Of a DNA stretch of 64,000 nt, positions 18,034-27,388 are shown piece after piece. The notes under the pieces are model-generated. The model was not told where the DNA came from. It worked only from the letters and a program-made list of their open reading frames with translations, and did not search any database. The DNA comes from Myxococcota bacterium (GTDB lineage Bacteria > Myxococcota_A > UBA796 > CAJQPC01). The translations under genes and the position numbers were made by a program. How positions within the stretch are numbered: position 1 is the first letter of the stretch; each line of letters starts with the position of its first letter. Where the stretch lies: contig JAZAMN010000043.1 in assembly GCA_036229005.1 (NCBI GenBank), positions 64,001-128,000 on the forward strand, read 5' to 3'.

Positions 18034-19736
18034 TGGCCATCCGCCGCCGCTCCCTGGACGAAGTCCTGCAGGACCGGGGCCTGGCCCCCGAGCTGCTCGC
18101 CGACGCCCGCAAGACCGCTGAGAAGACCGGCTCCAGCCTGCTCGAGACCGTGCAGCGGGGCGAGGCCTCCCAGCTCGCCGTGACCCGGGGCCTCGCGGAC
18201 CTGACCGGCCTGCGCGTGCTGGAGACCATCGACCTGGAGCGCATCGACATCGAGCTGGTGCGGCGCATCCCCCTGGGCCTGGCCCGCGAGCAGCAGATCC
18301 TGCCCCTGTGGATCGAGGACGACGGCCGCGTGCTGGCTGGCATCGCGTCCCCGAGCTGCCTGCCCTCCGCCGACGACATGCGCGTGGTGCTCAAGCGCCC
18401 CATCGACCCGGTGCTGGTGCCGGCGGATGTCCTCAAGGACGCCATCAACAAGAGCTTCGACCGCGCGGCCCGCTCGGCCTCCGCCGTCATGTCCGAGATC
18501 GAGGAGGAGCAGGAGGACGACCTGGCCGGGGACCTGTCCCTGGAAGAGGACATCCTGGATGACCCCAACCAGGCCCCCATCATCCGCTTCGTGAACACGC
18601 TGCTCACGCAGGCGATCAAGGACCGGGCCTCGGACATCCACATCGAGCCCTTCGAGAAGGAGCTGCTGGTCCGCTTCCGGATCGACGGCGTGCTCTACGA
18701 GATCGTGAAGCCGCCGCCCCGGCTGCAGGCCTCCATCGTCAGCCGCATCAAGATCATGGCCGGCCTGAACATCGCCGAGAAGCGCATCCCCCAGGACGGC
18801 CGCATCCGCATCCGCATGGCCGGCCGCGAGGTCGATCTGCGCGTGAGCACGCTCCCCGTGCGCTACGGCGAGCGCGTCGTCATGCGTATCCTGGAGAAGG
18901 GTCAGGTCTTCTCCCTGGAGCGCGTGGGCATGTCCCAGGAGAACCTGGAGGTCTTCCGCGAGTACATCCGGCGGCCCCACGGCATCATCCTGGTCACCGG
19001 CCCCACGGGCTCTGGTAAGACCACCACGCTCTACTCGGCGCTGGCGGAGATCAACCGCCCGGACCTGAACATCCTCACCATCGAGGACCCCATCGAGTAC
19101 GAGCTGCGCGGCATCGGCCAGACGCAGGTCAACCCCAAGATCGACCTGACCTTCGCCAGCGTGTTGCGCGCCCACCTGCGTCAGGACCCGGACGTCATCC
19201 TGGTCGGTGAGACCCGTGACAAGGAGACCGCGGACAACGCCGTCCAGGCCTCGCTCACCGGTCACCTGGTGTTCTCCACCCTGCACACCAACGACTCCCC
19301 CGGCGCCTTCCCCCGCCTCACCGATATGGGCGTCGAGCCCTTCCTGGTCGCCAGCTCCCTGCTGATGATCCTGGCCCAGCGCCTGGTCCGCCGGCTCTGC
19401 CCCGAGTGCAAGACCCCCTACGAGCCCCTGGACGGGGAGCTCGCCGATCTGGGCCTGACCCGCGCGGACGTCGCCGGACGCACGGTCTACAAGGCCTGCG
19501 GCTGCGATGTGTGCCTCAAGACCGGGTACAAGGGCCGTACCGGCATCTACGAGCTGCTGGAGGTGACCGACGCCATCCGCAACGCCGTGATGCAGGAGGC
19601 CGACGGCTCGGCCATCAAGCGCGTGGCGACCGAGGGGGGCATGAAGACCCTCCGCGACGACGGCATCCGCAAGGTCTTCGAGGGTGAGACCACCTTCGAG
19701 GAGGTCATGCGCGTCACCAGCGAGGACTCCCGCTAG
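18033..19736 (+). CDS. gspE: Type II secretion ATPase E
   Basis: ASDIHIEP, Walker A GPTGSGKTT, TIEDPIEY, LRQDPDVILVGE, TGHLVFSTLHTND and a CxxC..CxxC zinc motif. Confidence 0.97.
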   Translation: MAIRRRSLDEVLQDRGLAPELLADARKTAEKTGSSLLETVQRGEASQLAVTRGLADLTGLRVLETIDLERIDIELVRRIPLGLAREQQILPLWIEDDGRVLAGIASPSCLPSADDMRVVLKRPIDPVLVPADVLKDAINKSFDRAARSASAVMSEIEEEQEDDLAGDLSLEEDILDDPNQAPIIRFVNTLLTQAIKDRASDIHIEPFEKELLVRFRIDGVLYEIVKPPPRLQASIVSRIKIMAGLNIAEKRIPQDGRIRIRMAGREVDLRVSTLPVRYGERVVMRILEKGQVFSLERVGMSQENLEVFREYIRRPHGIILVTGPTGSGKTTTLYSALAEINRPDLNILTIEDPIEYELRGIGQTQVNPKIDLTFASVLRAHLRQDPDVILVGETRDKETADNAVQASLTGHLVFSTLHTNDSPGAFPRLTDMGVEPFLVASSLLMILAQRLVRRLCPECKTPYEPLDGELADLGLTRADVAGRTVYKACGCDVCLKTGYKGRTGIYELLEVTDAIRNAVMQEADGSAIKRVATEGGMKTLRDDGIRKVFEGETTFEEVMRVTSEDSR

Positions 19737-20974
19737 TGGCTGTGTTCGAGTACAAGGGCTTCGACGCCGCCGGCAAGTCCGTCTCGGGCATCATCGATGC
19801 CGAGGGGGCCAAGACCGCCCGCTCCAAGCTGCGCAAGCAGGGCCTGTTCCCCACCGACCTGCGCGAGCAGAAGGCGGGGGCCAAGGCGGCCTCGGGCAGC
19901 GGCCTGAACGTCGAGATCGACTTCTCCAAGTACCTGGAGCGCATCTCGGTCCAGGACGTGGCCACCCTGACGTCCCAGCTCTCCACGCTGGTGGGCGCGG
20001 GCATCCCCATGGTCGAGGCGCTCTCCGCGCTGCTGGACCAGGTCGAGAACGACAAGCTGCGCGTCATCCTGGCCGAGGTCCGGGACAAGGTGAACGAGGG
20101 CGCGACCCTGGGCGATGCCATGAAGGGCCACCCCGAGGTCTTCTCGCAGCTCTACGTGAACATGGTGCGCGCGGGCGAGGCCTCCGGCGCGCTGGAGACC
20201 GTGCTCCTGCGACTGACGGAGTACACCGAGGCCGCCGTGCGCCTGCGCGGCAAGCTGGTCTCCGCGATGATCTACCCGGTGCTCATGACCCTGGTGGGCT
20301 TCGGCATCGTGGTCGGCCTCTTTGTGTTCGTCATCCCCAAGATGCGCCGCATCTTCGACTCCTTCGACGCAGAGCTCCCCTGGATCACCTCGGCCCTGCT
20401 GAGCATCTCGGACTTCGCCACCCAGTGGTGGTGGCTGATCGGCATCCTGATGGGCGGCGCGGGCTTTGGCTTCTACCGCTGGAAGCAGACCCCCGAGGGC
20501 ACCGAGAAGTGGGACCGCTTCATGCTCAAGGTGCCCATCTTCGGCCGCATGAACCGGCTGGTGGCGGTCGCGCGCTTCTGCCGCACGCTCTCCACCCTGC
20601 TGGACGCCGGTGTGCCCATCCTGCAGGCCATGGCCATCGTGTCCACCGTCGTGGAGAACAAGGTCATCGAGGAGGCCATCAACGCCTCCGCCCGCAACGT
20701 GACCGAGGGCCAGTCGCTGGCCGTGCCGCTCAAGCAGTCCGGGCAGTTCCCCCCCATCGTGACCCACATGATCAACATCGGGGAGCGCACCGGTGAGCTC
20801 GAGAAGATGCTCGCCAAGGTGGCCGACGCCTACGAGACCGAGGTCGACAACATGGTCACGGGCCTCACCTCGCTGCTGGAGCCCCTGCTCATCCTGATGA
20901 TGGGCGGCATCGTGGCCTTCGTGGCGCTGGCCATCCTGCTGCCCATGCTGAACATGTCCTCGATGGCAGGCTGA
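19736..20974 (+). CDS. gspF: Type II secretion inner-membrane platform protein F
   Basis: QLSTLVGAGIP, NMVRAGEASGAL, AMIYP, GERTGELEKML and LLEPLLI. Confidence 0.96.
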   Translation: MAVFEYKGFDAAGKSVSGIIDAEGAKTARSKLRKQGLFPTDLREQKAGAKAASGSGLNVEIDFSKYLERISVQDVATLTSQLSTLVGAGIPMVEALSALLDQVENDKLRVILAEVRDKVNEGATLGDAMKGHPEVFSQLYVNMVRAGEASGALETVLLRLTEYTEAAVRLRGKLVSAMIYPVLMTLVGFGIVVGLFVFVIPKMRRIFDSFDAELPWITSALLSISDFATQWWWLIGILMGGAGFGFYRWKQTPEGTEKWDRFMLKVPIFGRMNRLVAVARFCRTLSTLLDAGVPILQAMAIVSTVVENKVIEEAINASARNVTEGQSLAVPLKQSGQFPPIVTHMINIGERTGELEKMLAKVADAYETEVDNMVTGLTSLLEPLLILMMGGIVAFVALAILLPMLNMSSMAG

Positions 20975-21045
20975 AGTCAGAGAGCGGTCCGAATAATCCG
21001 AATTGTCAAACGTTATAGGTTCAAACTCTCTTTTGGAGAAAAGCA
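20975..21045 (+). promoter_or_regulatory. AT-rich intergenic region, possible internal promoter for gspG
   Basis: Only long AT-rich gap in an otherwise coupled operon; TTGTCA and TATAGG-like boxes; GGAG RBS. Confidence 0.4.
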
Positions 21046-21486
21046 ATGGCATCCCCCACCGCCTTCCGTAGCGCACTCAAGAGCCAGCAGGGCATGACCC
21101 TGGTGGAGATCATGGTCGTCATCGCCATCCTGGGCACCATCATGTCCGTGGTGGCCTTCTCCGTGGTCGGCAAGCTGGACGAGGCCAACTGCGAGGCCAC
21201 CAAGCTGACCATGAAGAACGCCGACCAGGCGCTGCAGCTCTACTCCGCCAAGAAGAAGGGCAAGTTCCCCTCCACCAGCGATGGCCTGGCCGCCGCCAAG
21301 AAGTACTTCAACGACGGCGACGTGCCGGTCGACGCCTGGGGCAACGAGCTCCAGTACTTCTCCCCCGGCAGCCACTCGGACGCGCCCTACGAGCTGGTCT
21401 CCCTGGGCAAGGACGGTGTCGAGGGTGGCGATGAGGCCAACGCCGACATCCAGAGCTGGAACATGGACGAGGCCTGCGACTGGTAA
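21046..21486 (+). CDS. gspG: Major pseudopilin G
   Basis: Prepilin motif QQG|MTLVEIMVV; DAWGNELQY and YELVSLGKDGVEGG. Confidence 0.92.
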   Translation: MASPTAFRSALKSQQGMTLVEIMVVIAILGTIMSVVAFSVVGKLDEANCEATKLTMKNADQALQLYSAKKKGKFPSTSDGLAAAKKYFNDGDVPVDAWGNELQYFSPGSHSDAPYELVSLGKDGVEGGDEANADIQSWNMDEACDW

Positions 21487-21578
21487 TGCAGCGGCGCGAG
21501 CTGGTGCAGTTCTCCTTGGTGGGCGCCGCCCTGGCGGCCCTGCCGGTGGTGTGGATCGTGATGGGCATTGGAGCCTGA
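21486..21578 (+). CDS. 30-aa single-TM peptide between gspG and gspH (not in the ORF track)
   Basis: TAATG overlap with the gspG stop; translates MQRRELVQFSLVGAALAALPVVWIVMGIGA*. Confidence 0.55.
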   Translation: MQRRELVQFSLVGAALAALPVVWIVMGIGA

Positions 21579-21582
21579 GCAC

Positions 21583-22350
21583 TTGAAGACCCGGAAGGCA
21601 CGCGAGGGCATGACCCTCATCGAGATCATGGTCGTCATCGCCATCCTGGCGGTGGTGCTCAGCGTCTCGATCATCTCCATGAGCGGAGTGCTCGGGGTGC
21701 GCCAGACCGGAGCCGCCAAGGAGCTGGCCCAGACCTACCGCTTCCTCCAGAACGAGGCCGCCCTGCGGAACGTGACCTTCCGGATCGCCTTCAACCTGGA
21801 CACGCGCAGCTACAAGATCGAGGTCGGCGCCCCCGACGCCGTGGTGTTCACCAACCCCGAAGACCGCGAGGCCTACGAAGAGCTGCTGGCCGAGAAGCTC
21901 ACGGACGTCTCCCTGGACAACCTGGACGAGGCCAACCTGGACGACGACGAGCTGGAGCTGCTGGAGGGCAGCCGCCGCTTCGAGGGCATGAACGACCCCG
22001 CCCTGAACACGGAGGTCAAGATGCCCCGGGGGACCTACATCGCTTGGGTCTACACCCCCCAGTACGGGGAGGAGCCCGTCGAGCCCGGTATCGACTTCGC
22101 GGTCGAAGGCGAGGACATCGACCCCGAGTCCCTGGATGAGCAGCCCACCATCGTCTACAGCTACATCTTCTCCAACGGCCAGGTGGAGCACACCCTGGTG
22201 CGCATCGCCAGCATCGACGACCCCGAAGACGGCCTGACCATCGAGGTCGAGCCCCTGTCCGGCCGGGTGGAGCTGCACGACGCCCCCTCCTTCGGGCCCT
22301 CCGACTCCATGACCTGGCTGCCCGACGAAGGGCCGGAGCTGGACCTGTGA
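21583..22350 (+). CDS. gspH: Minor pseudopilin H
   Basis: REG|MTLIEIMVV prepilin motif and position in the cluster; start is either TTG 21583 or 21568. Confidence 0.8.
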   Translation: MKTRKAREGMTLIEIMVVIAILAVVLSVSIISMSGVLGVRQTGAAKELAQTYRFLQNEAALRNVTFRIAFNLDTRSYKIEVGAPDAVVFTNPEDREAYEELLAEKLTDVSLDNLDEANLDDDELELLEGSRRFEGMNDPALNTEVKMPRGTYIAWVYTPQYGEEPVEPGIDFAVEGEDIDPESLDEQPTIVYSYIFSNGQVEHTLVRIASIDDPEDGLTIEVEPLSGRVELHDAPSFGPSDSMTWLPDEGPELDL

Positions 22351-22994
22351 TGCGCCGGCTCGCCCGCTCCGCCTTCTCGCTGCTCGAGGTCATGGTCGCC
22401 CTGGGCATCCTGTCCGTGGCGCTGTTCGTGCTCATCGAGGGGCAGGCCTCCGCGGTGCTCATGACCCAGGAGGCCTCCAAGATCTCCGTGGCCACCGCCC
22501 TGGCCCAGGAGAAGATGAGCGAGTGCGTGCTGCTCCTTGAGTCCGAGGGCTTCCAGGAGCAGGACATCAACGAGGAGGGCGACTTTGAGGACGGCATCTT
22601 CTCGGAGTTCCAGGCCGGCGGGCTGGACGGCACCTTTGACGAGGTGAACGAGGAGACCTACGCCGACTACCACTGGGCCTACACCATTCGGGAGGTCCAG
22701 ATCGGCCTGTCGGGTGACATCGCGTCCATGGCGAGCAGCTTCGCTGGCAGCGGGATGGCGGGGGAGGAGGTCCAAGAGGCCAGCCAGACCCAGGACGCGC
22801 AGATGGACCTGGGGGACCTGGGTGTCTCCGATGACATGCTCACCGAGCAGCTCTCCCCCTTTGTGCGCGAGATCCGCGTGCTGGTGTGGTGGGGGAGCGA
22901 GGACATCGACGTCGAAGAGGACGACGACTGGGTCGAGCTGGTCACCCACGTGGTGAACCCCTCCGGCAATGTCGTGAGCGGGACGCAGCAATGA
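22350..22994 (+). CDS. gspI: Minor pseudopilin I
   Basis: SA|FSLLEVMVAL prepilin-like motif, ATALAQEKM and VREIRVLVWW. Confidence 0.8.
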   Translation: MRRLARSAFSLLEVMVALGILSVALFVLIEGQASAVLMTQEASKISVATALAQEKMSECVLLLESEGFQEQDINEEGDFEDGIFSEFQAGGLDGTFDEVNEETYADYHWAYTIREVQIGLSGDIASMASSFAGSGMAGEEVQEASQTQDAQMDLGDLGVSDDMLTEQLSPFVREIRVLVWWGSEDIDVEEDDDWVELVTHVVNPSGNVVSGTQQ

Positions 22995-23776
22995 GCGCCC
23001 ACAGGTCCACACCAGCCGCACCTCGCTTGCGCCGATCCCTTCTCAGATCTGTGGGGGGCATGACGCTGATCGAGGTGATCATCGCGCTTGGGATCCTGGC
23101 CACGATCGGCGTCCTCACCCTCTCGACCGTGAGCTCCACCCTCAAGGCGCGGGACGTGCTGGCGGAAGAGGACGAGGTCCAGCAGTCCGCCCGGGTGGCC
23201 CTGGACACGCTCACCCACGAGCTGCGCCTGGCCTACCTGAGCTGGAACAAGAACTCGCCGAACACCTACCGCACGGTGTTCGTGGGCAAGGACACGGGCG
23301 ACATCGACACCCTGTGGTTCGCCAGCCTCAGCCACCAGCGGCTCTACCAGGGGGCCCGCGAGGGCGACCAGACCGAGATCACCATCTGGGGGGACGACGA
23401 CCCCTACCACGACGGCCGCTACGTGCTGCTGCACCGAGAGGCCCCCCGCATCGACCACGAGCCGGATGAGGGCGGGGTGATCCAGCCCATGTCCTACAAC
23501 GTGCGCAGCCTGTCCATCCGCTACCTGGACCCCCAGACCTGCGAGTGGGCGGATGAGTGGGACTCGACGGCGGTGGAGCAGCTCAACCGGCTGCCCCGGG
23601 CGGTGCAGTTCAGCCTGACCCTGATGGGCCCGGACCCGGACGAAGACGGCAAGGAGAAGCCCTACACCTTCGCGTCCACCACCGTGCTCCAGTACGGCAA
23701 GCGCGCCCGCTGCGCTGTGTTCGCCAACGACGAGAACGACGAGGGCGAGATCTCCGCCTCGGGGGATGACTCTTGA
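22991..23776 (+). CDS. gspJ: Minor pseudopilin J
   Basis: GG|MTLIEVIIAL; C-terminal WADEWDS..RLPRAV. Confidence 0.85.
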   Translation: MSAHRSTPAAPRLRRSLLRSVGGMTLIEVIIALGILATIGVLTLSTVSSTLKARDVLAEEDEVQQSARVALDTLTHELRLAYLSWNKNSPNTYRTVFVGKDTGDIDTLWFASLSHQRLYQGAREGDQTEITIWGDDDPYHDGRYVLLHREAPRIDHEPDEGGVIQPMSYNVRSLSIRYLDPQTCEWADEWDSTAVEQLNRLPRAVQFSLTLMGPDPDEDGKEKPYTFASTTVLQYGKRARCAVFANDENDEGEISASGDDS

Positions 23777-25050
23777 GCGCCGCCCTGGCCAGGCTCTGGC
23801 ACGAGCTGGTGCGCCCTCGGGGGCGCCGGGCCATGCCCTTTGCGGGGGTGGCGCGGCGGCGTCAGGGGGAGCGCGGGATCGCCCTGTTGATGGTCATGGC
23901 CTCGCTGGCGATCATCACCGTGATCACGGTGGAGCTCAGCTACGACTCGCGGGTGCGGCTGCTCAAGAGCGCCCACCAGCGGGACCAGATCGCCGCGCGC
24001 TACCTGGCCGAGTCCGGGGCGAACATCTACCGGCTCATCCTGGTGGCCGACCGGCAGATCAACAGCCAGCTCTCCGGGCTGATGCCCGAGGGGATGAACG
24101 TGCAGGGGCTCTGGCAGATGCTGCCGGGGCTGAACACGGGCCTGATGCGCATGCTGTTCACCGCGGGCGGCAGCGTGGACGACCAGGAGATGCAGGAGTT
24201 CGCCGAAGAGGGCGTCACCGACGAGATGCGGGACGAGTCGCGGGAGCAGGCCAGTCGCTTCGACTCCAAGAGCTTCCTGGACTTCGAGGGCGACTTCGAG
24301 GCGGAGATCAAGGACATCGACGGGCGGATCAACATCAACCGCCTGGGCCGGAGCTGCACCGCGCGGGTGTGCACGTCCATGGCCGAGCTCCAGCAGGACC
24401 CCATCGCCCAGCAGCTCTTTGGGCTGATGAGCGGCGAGGAGAACGACCAGTGGTTCTATGACCGCAACATCGACCGCTGGGAGCTGATCGGCAACCTGGC
24501 GGACTGGATCGACGTGGACGCCAACCGCGTCTACCAGGGCGGCTACGAGGACACCCTCTACCAGTCCCTGGACGACCCCTACCTGGCCAAGAACGCCCAG
24601 TTCGACACCCTGGCAGAGATCCAGCAGGTGGACGGCTGGCAGGGTGAGGTCTACGACCGCTTCGTGGACCGGCTGACCGTGTACGGCAGCGGCAAGATCA
24701 ACGTGAACAGCGCCGACAACGAGGCCCTCTGCGGGCTGCTGAGGGCCTACACCACCACCCCCGGTGTGCTCTCCGACTGCGACGGCTTCATCGAGCGCTG
24801 GCAGAACAACGAGCTCATCCTGTTCCAGTCCTGGGGCACCGCGGATGAGTTCATCACCAGCGCGACGGACAAGGGCGGCCTGCCCCTGGACGACGCCAGC
24901 AAGCTCAAGGAAGCCATCGGCTTCGAGTCCCAGACCTTCATCGTCGAGTCGACGGGGCTGGTCGGAGATTCCGTGGCCCACCTCACCGTGGTCTACGACT
25001 TCTCCACCGCGCAGAAGGTGGGACGCATCAAGTACTGGAGGATGGACTGA
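23773..25050 (+). CDS. gspK: Minor pseudopilin K
   Basis: ERG|IALLMVM (no E5), GRININRL, LADWID, KNAQFDTLAE and GKINVNSA. Confidence 0.9.
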   Translation: MSAALARLWHELVRPRGRRAMPFAGVARRRQGERGIALLMVMASLAIITVITVELSYDSRVRLLKSAHQRDQIAARYLAESGANIYRLILVADRQINSQLSGLMPEGMNVQGLWQMLPGLNTGLMRMLFTAGGSVDDQEMQEFAEEGVTDEMRDESREQASRFDSKSFLDFEGDFEAEIKDIDGRININRLGRSCTARVCTSMAELQQDPIAQQLFGLMSGEENDQWFYDRNIDRWELIGNLADWIDVDANRVYQGGYEDTLYQSLDDPYLAKNAQFDTLAEIQQVDGWQGEVYDRFVDRLTVYGSGKINVNSADNEALCGLLRAYTTTPGVLSDCDGFIERWQNNELILFQSWGTADEFITSATDKGGLPLDDASKLKEAIGFESQTFIVESTGLVGDSVAHLTVVYDFSTAQKVGRIKYWRMD

Positions 25051-26804
25051 TGGCCAAAGTCATCGGCATCGATCTCGGCGCCCACACGGTCAAGGTGGCT
25101 GTGATGGAGGGGCGTCTGGGCAACATGGAGCTCACGGAGCTGCGGCTGCGCAATGTGCCGCCGCCGGAGCCCGCGTTGGTCCCGGACCCCGTGCCTGTCG
25201 CGGAAGGAGAGGAGGGGGAGGAGCTGCCCGCGCCGCCGCCCCCACCTCCTGCGAGTCCCAGCCTGGGCGCACGCCTTGCGACGCTCGCGGCCCTGCTCGA
25301 GGACATCGAGCGGGACGAGAACACCACCTACGCGGCGGCGCTGCCGGCCAACCGGGTGTCCGTGCGCCTGGTGCCCATGCCCTTCGCGGACCGGGACCGG
25401 ATCGCGCAGACCCTGCCCTTCGAGCTGGAGGGCTACGTGCCCTTCGACCTGGAGGACTTCATCCTGGACTGGCGGGTGCAGCCCACCGACACCGGGGCCC
25501 GGGTGCTGGCCGCGATGGCCCACCGCCAGAGCGTGCAGGAGCTGCTGACCGGCCTGCAGGCCATGGACGTGGACCCCAAGCATCTGGTGCTGGACGCCGA
25601 GGTGCTGGGTGCCTTCGCCCCCGACACGGGGACCCAAGCCGTCGTGGACCTGGGGCATGACCGCAGCACCGTGGCGCTGGTGCGTGACGGCGAGGTCCTG
25701 GCGGTGCGCGCGCTCTCCCGCGCTGGCCGCGACCTGACCGAGGGGCTCTCCTTCGCGCTGGGCATGTCGCCGCAGGACGCGGAGGCCGCCAAGCTGGTGG
25801 CCGAGATCGCCTCCGAGGGTGGCATCGCGGGGCCCGCGGCCACCGAGGTCGACGCCGAGTGGGAGGGGGACGAGCACACCGACCCCCTGCTGGGGGAGTC
25901 CACCGCCTCGCCGAACCTGGCGCTCAAGCAGAAGGAGGACCTGCCCAGCGCGCTGATGCGCGCCCTGGATCCGCTGCTGGCCGAGCTCCGCGCCAGCCTG
26001 ATCGCCCTCGAGGACGAGCTGGGGCTGGGCATCGACGAGGTGCTGATCACCGGCGGTACCGCCGGCCTCCGGGGCCTGCCGGCGCAGCTCAGCCACGACC
26101 TGGGCGTGCCCGTCCGGCGGGTGGACCTGGGCCCGGTCGCCGAGGCCGCCGGGGACCCCGAGCGCTTTGGCCTGTCCGTGATGCTGGCGCGGCGCGCGGG
26201 CGGCATCGCCGCGGCCCAGGCCATGAACTTCCGCAAGGGGGAGTTCGCGTTCAAGGGCGACGTCGCCCTCGCTCGCACCGTGGTCGGCGTCGGGTTGATC
26301 GCGCTGCTGATGTTCGGGTTGGTGGGGACGGGCATCTTCCTGTTCCAGGCAGCCGGCTACCGCAGCGAGCTGGCGGAGATCCGCGCGGAGAACCGCGAGA
26401 TGGTGGCCGACGCCTTCCCGGACGCGGTGGAGTCCGAGCTGTCGGACCCGCGCAACACGGCCTTCGCCCGCAACCTGGAGGCGACCACCCGCCGGGACAA
26501 CCTGGGCAGCACTGTGGGTGGCGAGCCGCCCGTGCTGACCACCCTGATGACCCTGACCGAGCTGTCCCCCAAGAGCGCCGAGGCGCCCCTGGACATCTCG
26601 GACCTGAGCATCACCGAGAGCACCATCACCTTCAAGGCGGAGACCGTGAGCTTTGACGCCGCGTCTCAGATCGAGAAGGCCCTGCAGGCGGAGCCCCGCT
26701 TCTCGGAGGCCAAGAAGGCCAACGAGACCAAGGCCGGCCAGGGGATCCGCTTTGACATGAGCATCCCCCTGCCCGTCGACGAGGACGAAGAGGAGGACAT
26801 CTGA
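25050..26804 (+). CDS. gspL: Type II secretion protein L (PilM-like actin fold plus periplasmic domain)
   Basis: VIGIDLGAHTVK, LPFELEGYVPF, VVDLGH, LITGG, NFRKGEF followed by a TM. Confidence 0.85.
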   Translation: MAKVIGIDLGAHTVKVAVMEGRLGNMELTELRLRNVPPPEPALVPDPVPVAEGEEGEELPAPPPPPPASPSLGARLATLAALLEDIERDENTTYAAALPANRVSVRLVPMPFADRDRIAQTLPFELEGYVPFDLEDFILDWRVQPTDTGARVLAAMAHRQSVQELLTGLQAMDVDPKHLVLDAEVLGAFAPDTGTQAVVDLGHDRSTVALVRDGEVLAVRALSRAGRDLTEGLSFALGMSPQDAEAAKLVAEIASEGGIAGPAATEVDAEWEGDEHTDPLLGESTASPNLALKQKEDLPSALMRALDPLLAELRASLIALEDELGLGIDEVLITGGTAGLRGLPAQLSHDLGVPVRRVDLGPVAEAAGDPERFGLSVMLARRAGGIAAAQAMNFRKGEFAFKGDVALARTVVGVGLIALLMFGLVGTGIFLFQAAGYRSELAEIRAENREMVADAFPDAVESELSDPRNTAFARNLEATTRRDNLGSTVGGEPPVLTTLMTLTELSPKSAEAPLDISDLSITESTITFKAETVSFDAASQIEKALQAEPRFSEAKKANETKAGQGIRFDMSIPLPVDEDEEEDI

Positions 26805-27388
26805 TGAGCGCATTCAAGGCCAGGATCGCGGGCCTGCAGGCCCGGGTCGAGGGCATGCTCGATGGCATGTCCAGTCGCGACCGCACCCTGCTGATGGGGC
26901 TGGTCGTGTTCGCCGCGTTGGCCGCCGTCGGTGGCGGTGCGTGGAGCATGATGGGCCGCCTGGACACGCTGGAGAAGCAGGTCAAGGAGGCCCGCGGCGA
27001 CCAGCAGTTCATCCAGAGCGAGATCGCCGAGTACAAGGCCGCCTCCACCGAGCTGGAGCGGATCCAGAAGGAGATGGCCAAGTACGAGGGGCAGGACATG
27101 TCCTCCTTCATGGAGAAGGCCGCCGAGGCCGCGGAGATCCGCGACCGGCTGGACAGCGTCCGGGAGAACTCCGTGGTCGAGATGGGCGACCTGGAGCAGA
27201 AGAACTACAGCGTGCGCCTGACCCGGGTGAGCCTGGACCAGATGGTCAAGTTCCTCTACCAGGTCGAGGCCACCGGCTACCCCCTGCAGATCACCACCGC
27301 CAAGTTCAAGCGGGTGAAGGTCTCCGGGGAGTGGATGCTGAACGTGACCCTTGAGATCGCGGCCTACCGGCTGCTGCAGGAGGCCTGA
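26804..27388 (+). CDS. gspM: Type II secretion protein M
   Basis: MSSRDR then TM, coiled coil and ferredoxin-like C-domain; cluster position. Confidence 0.78.
   Translation: MSAFKARIAGLQARVEGMLDGMSSRDRTLLMGLVVFAALAAVGGGAWSMMGRLDTLEKQVKEARGDQQFIQSEIAEYKAASTELERIQKEMAKYEGQDMSSFMEKAAEAAEIRDRLDSVRENSVVEMGDLEQKNYSVRLTRVSLDQMVKFLYQVEATGYPLQITTAKFKRVKVSGEWMLNVTLEIAAYRLLQEA

Noticed and set aside
25050..26804. Type IV pilus pilM assignment
   Set aside because: It is fused to a TM plus periplasmic domain and sits between gspK and gspM, which fits GspL.
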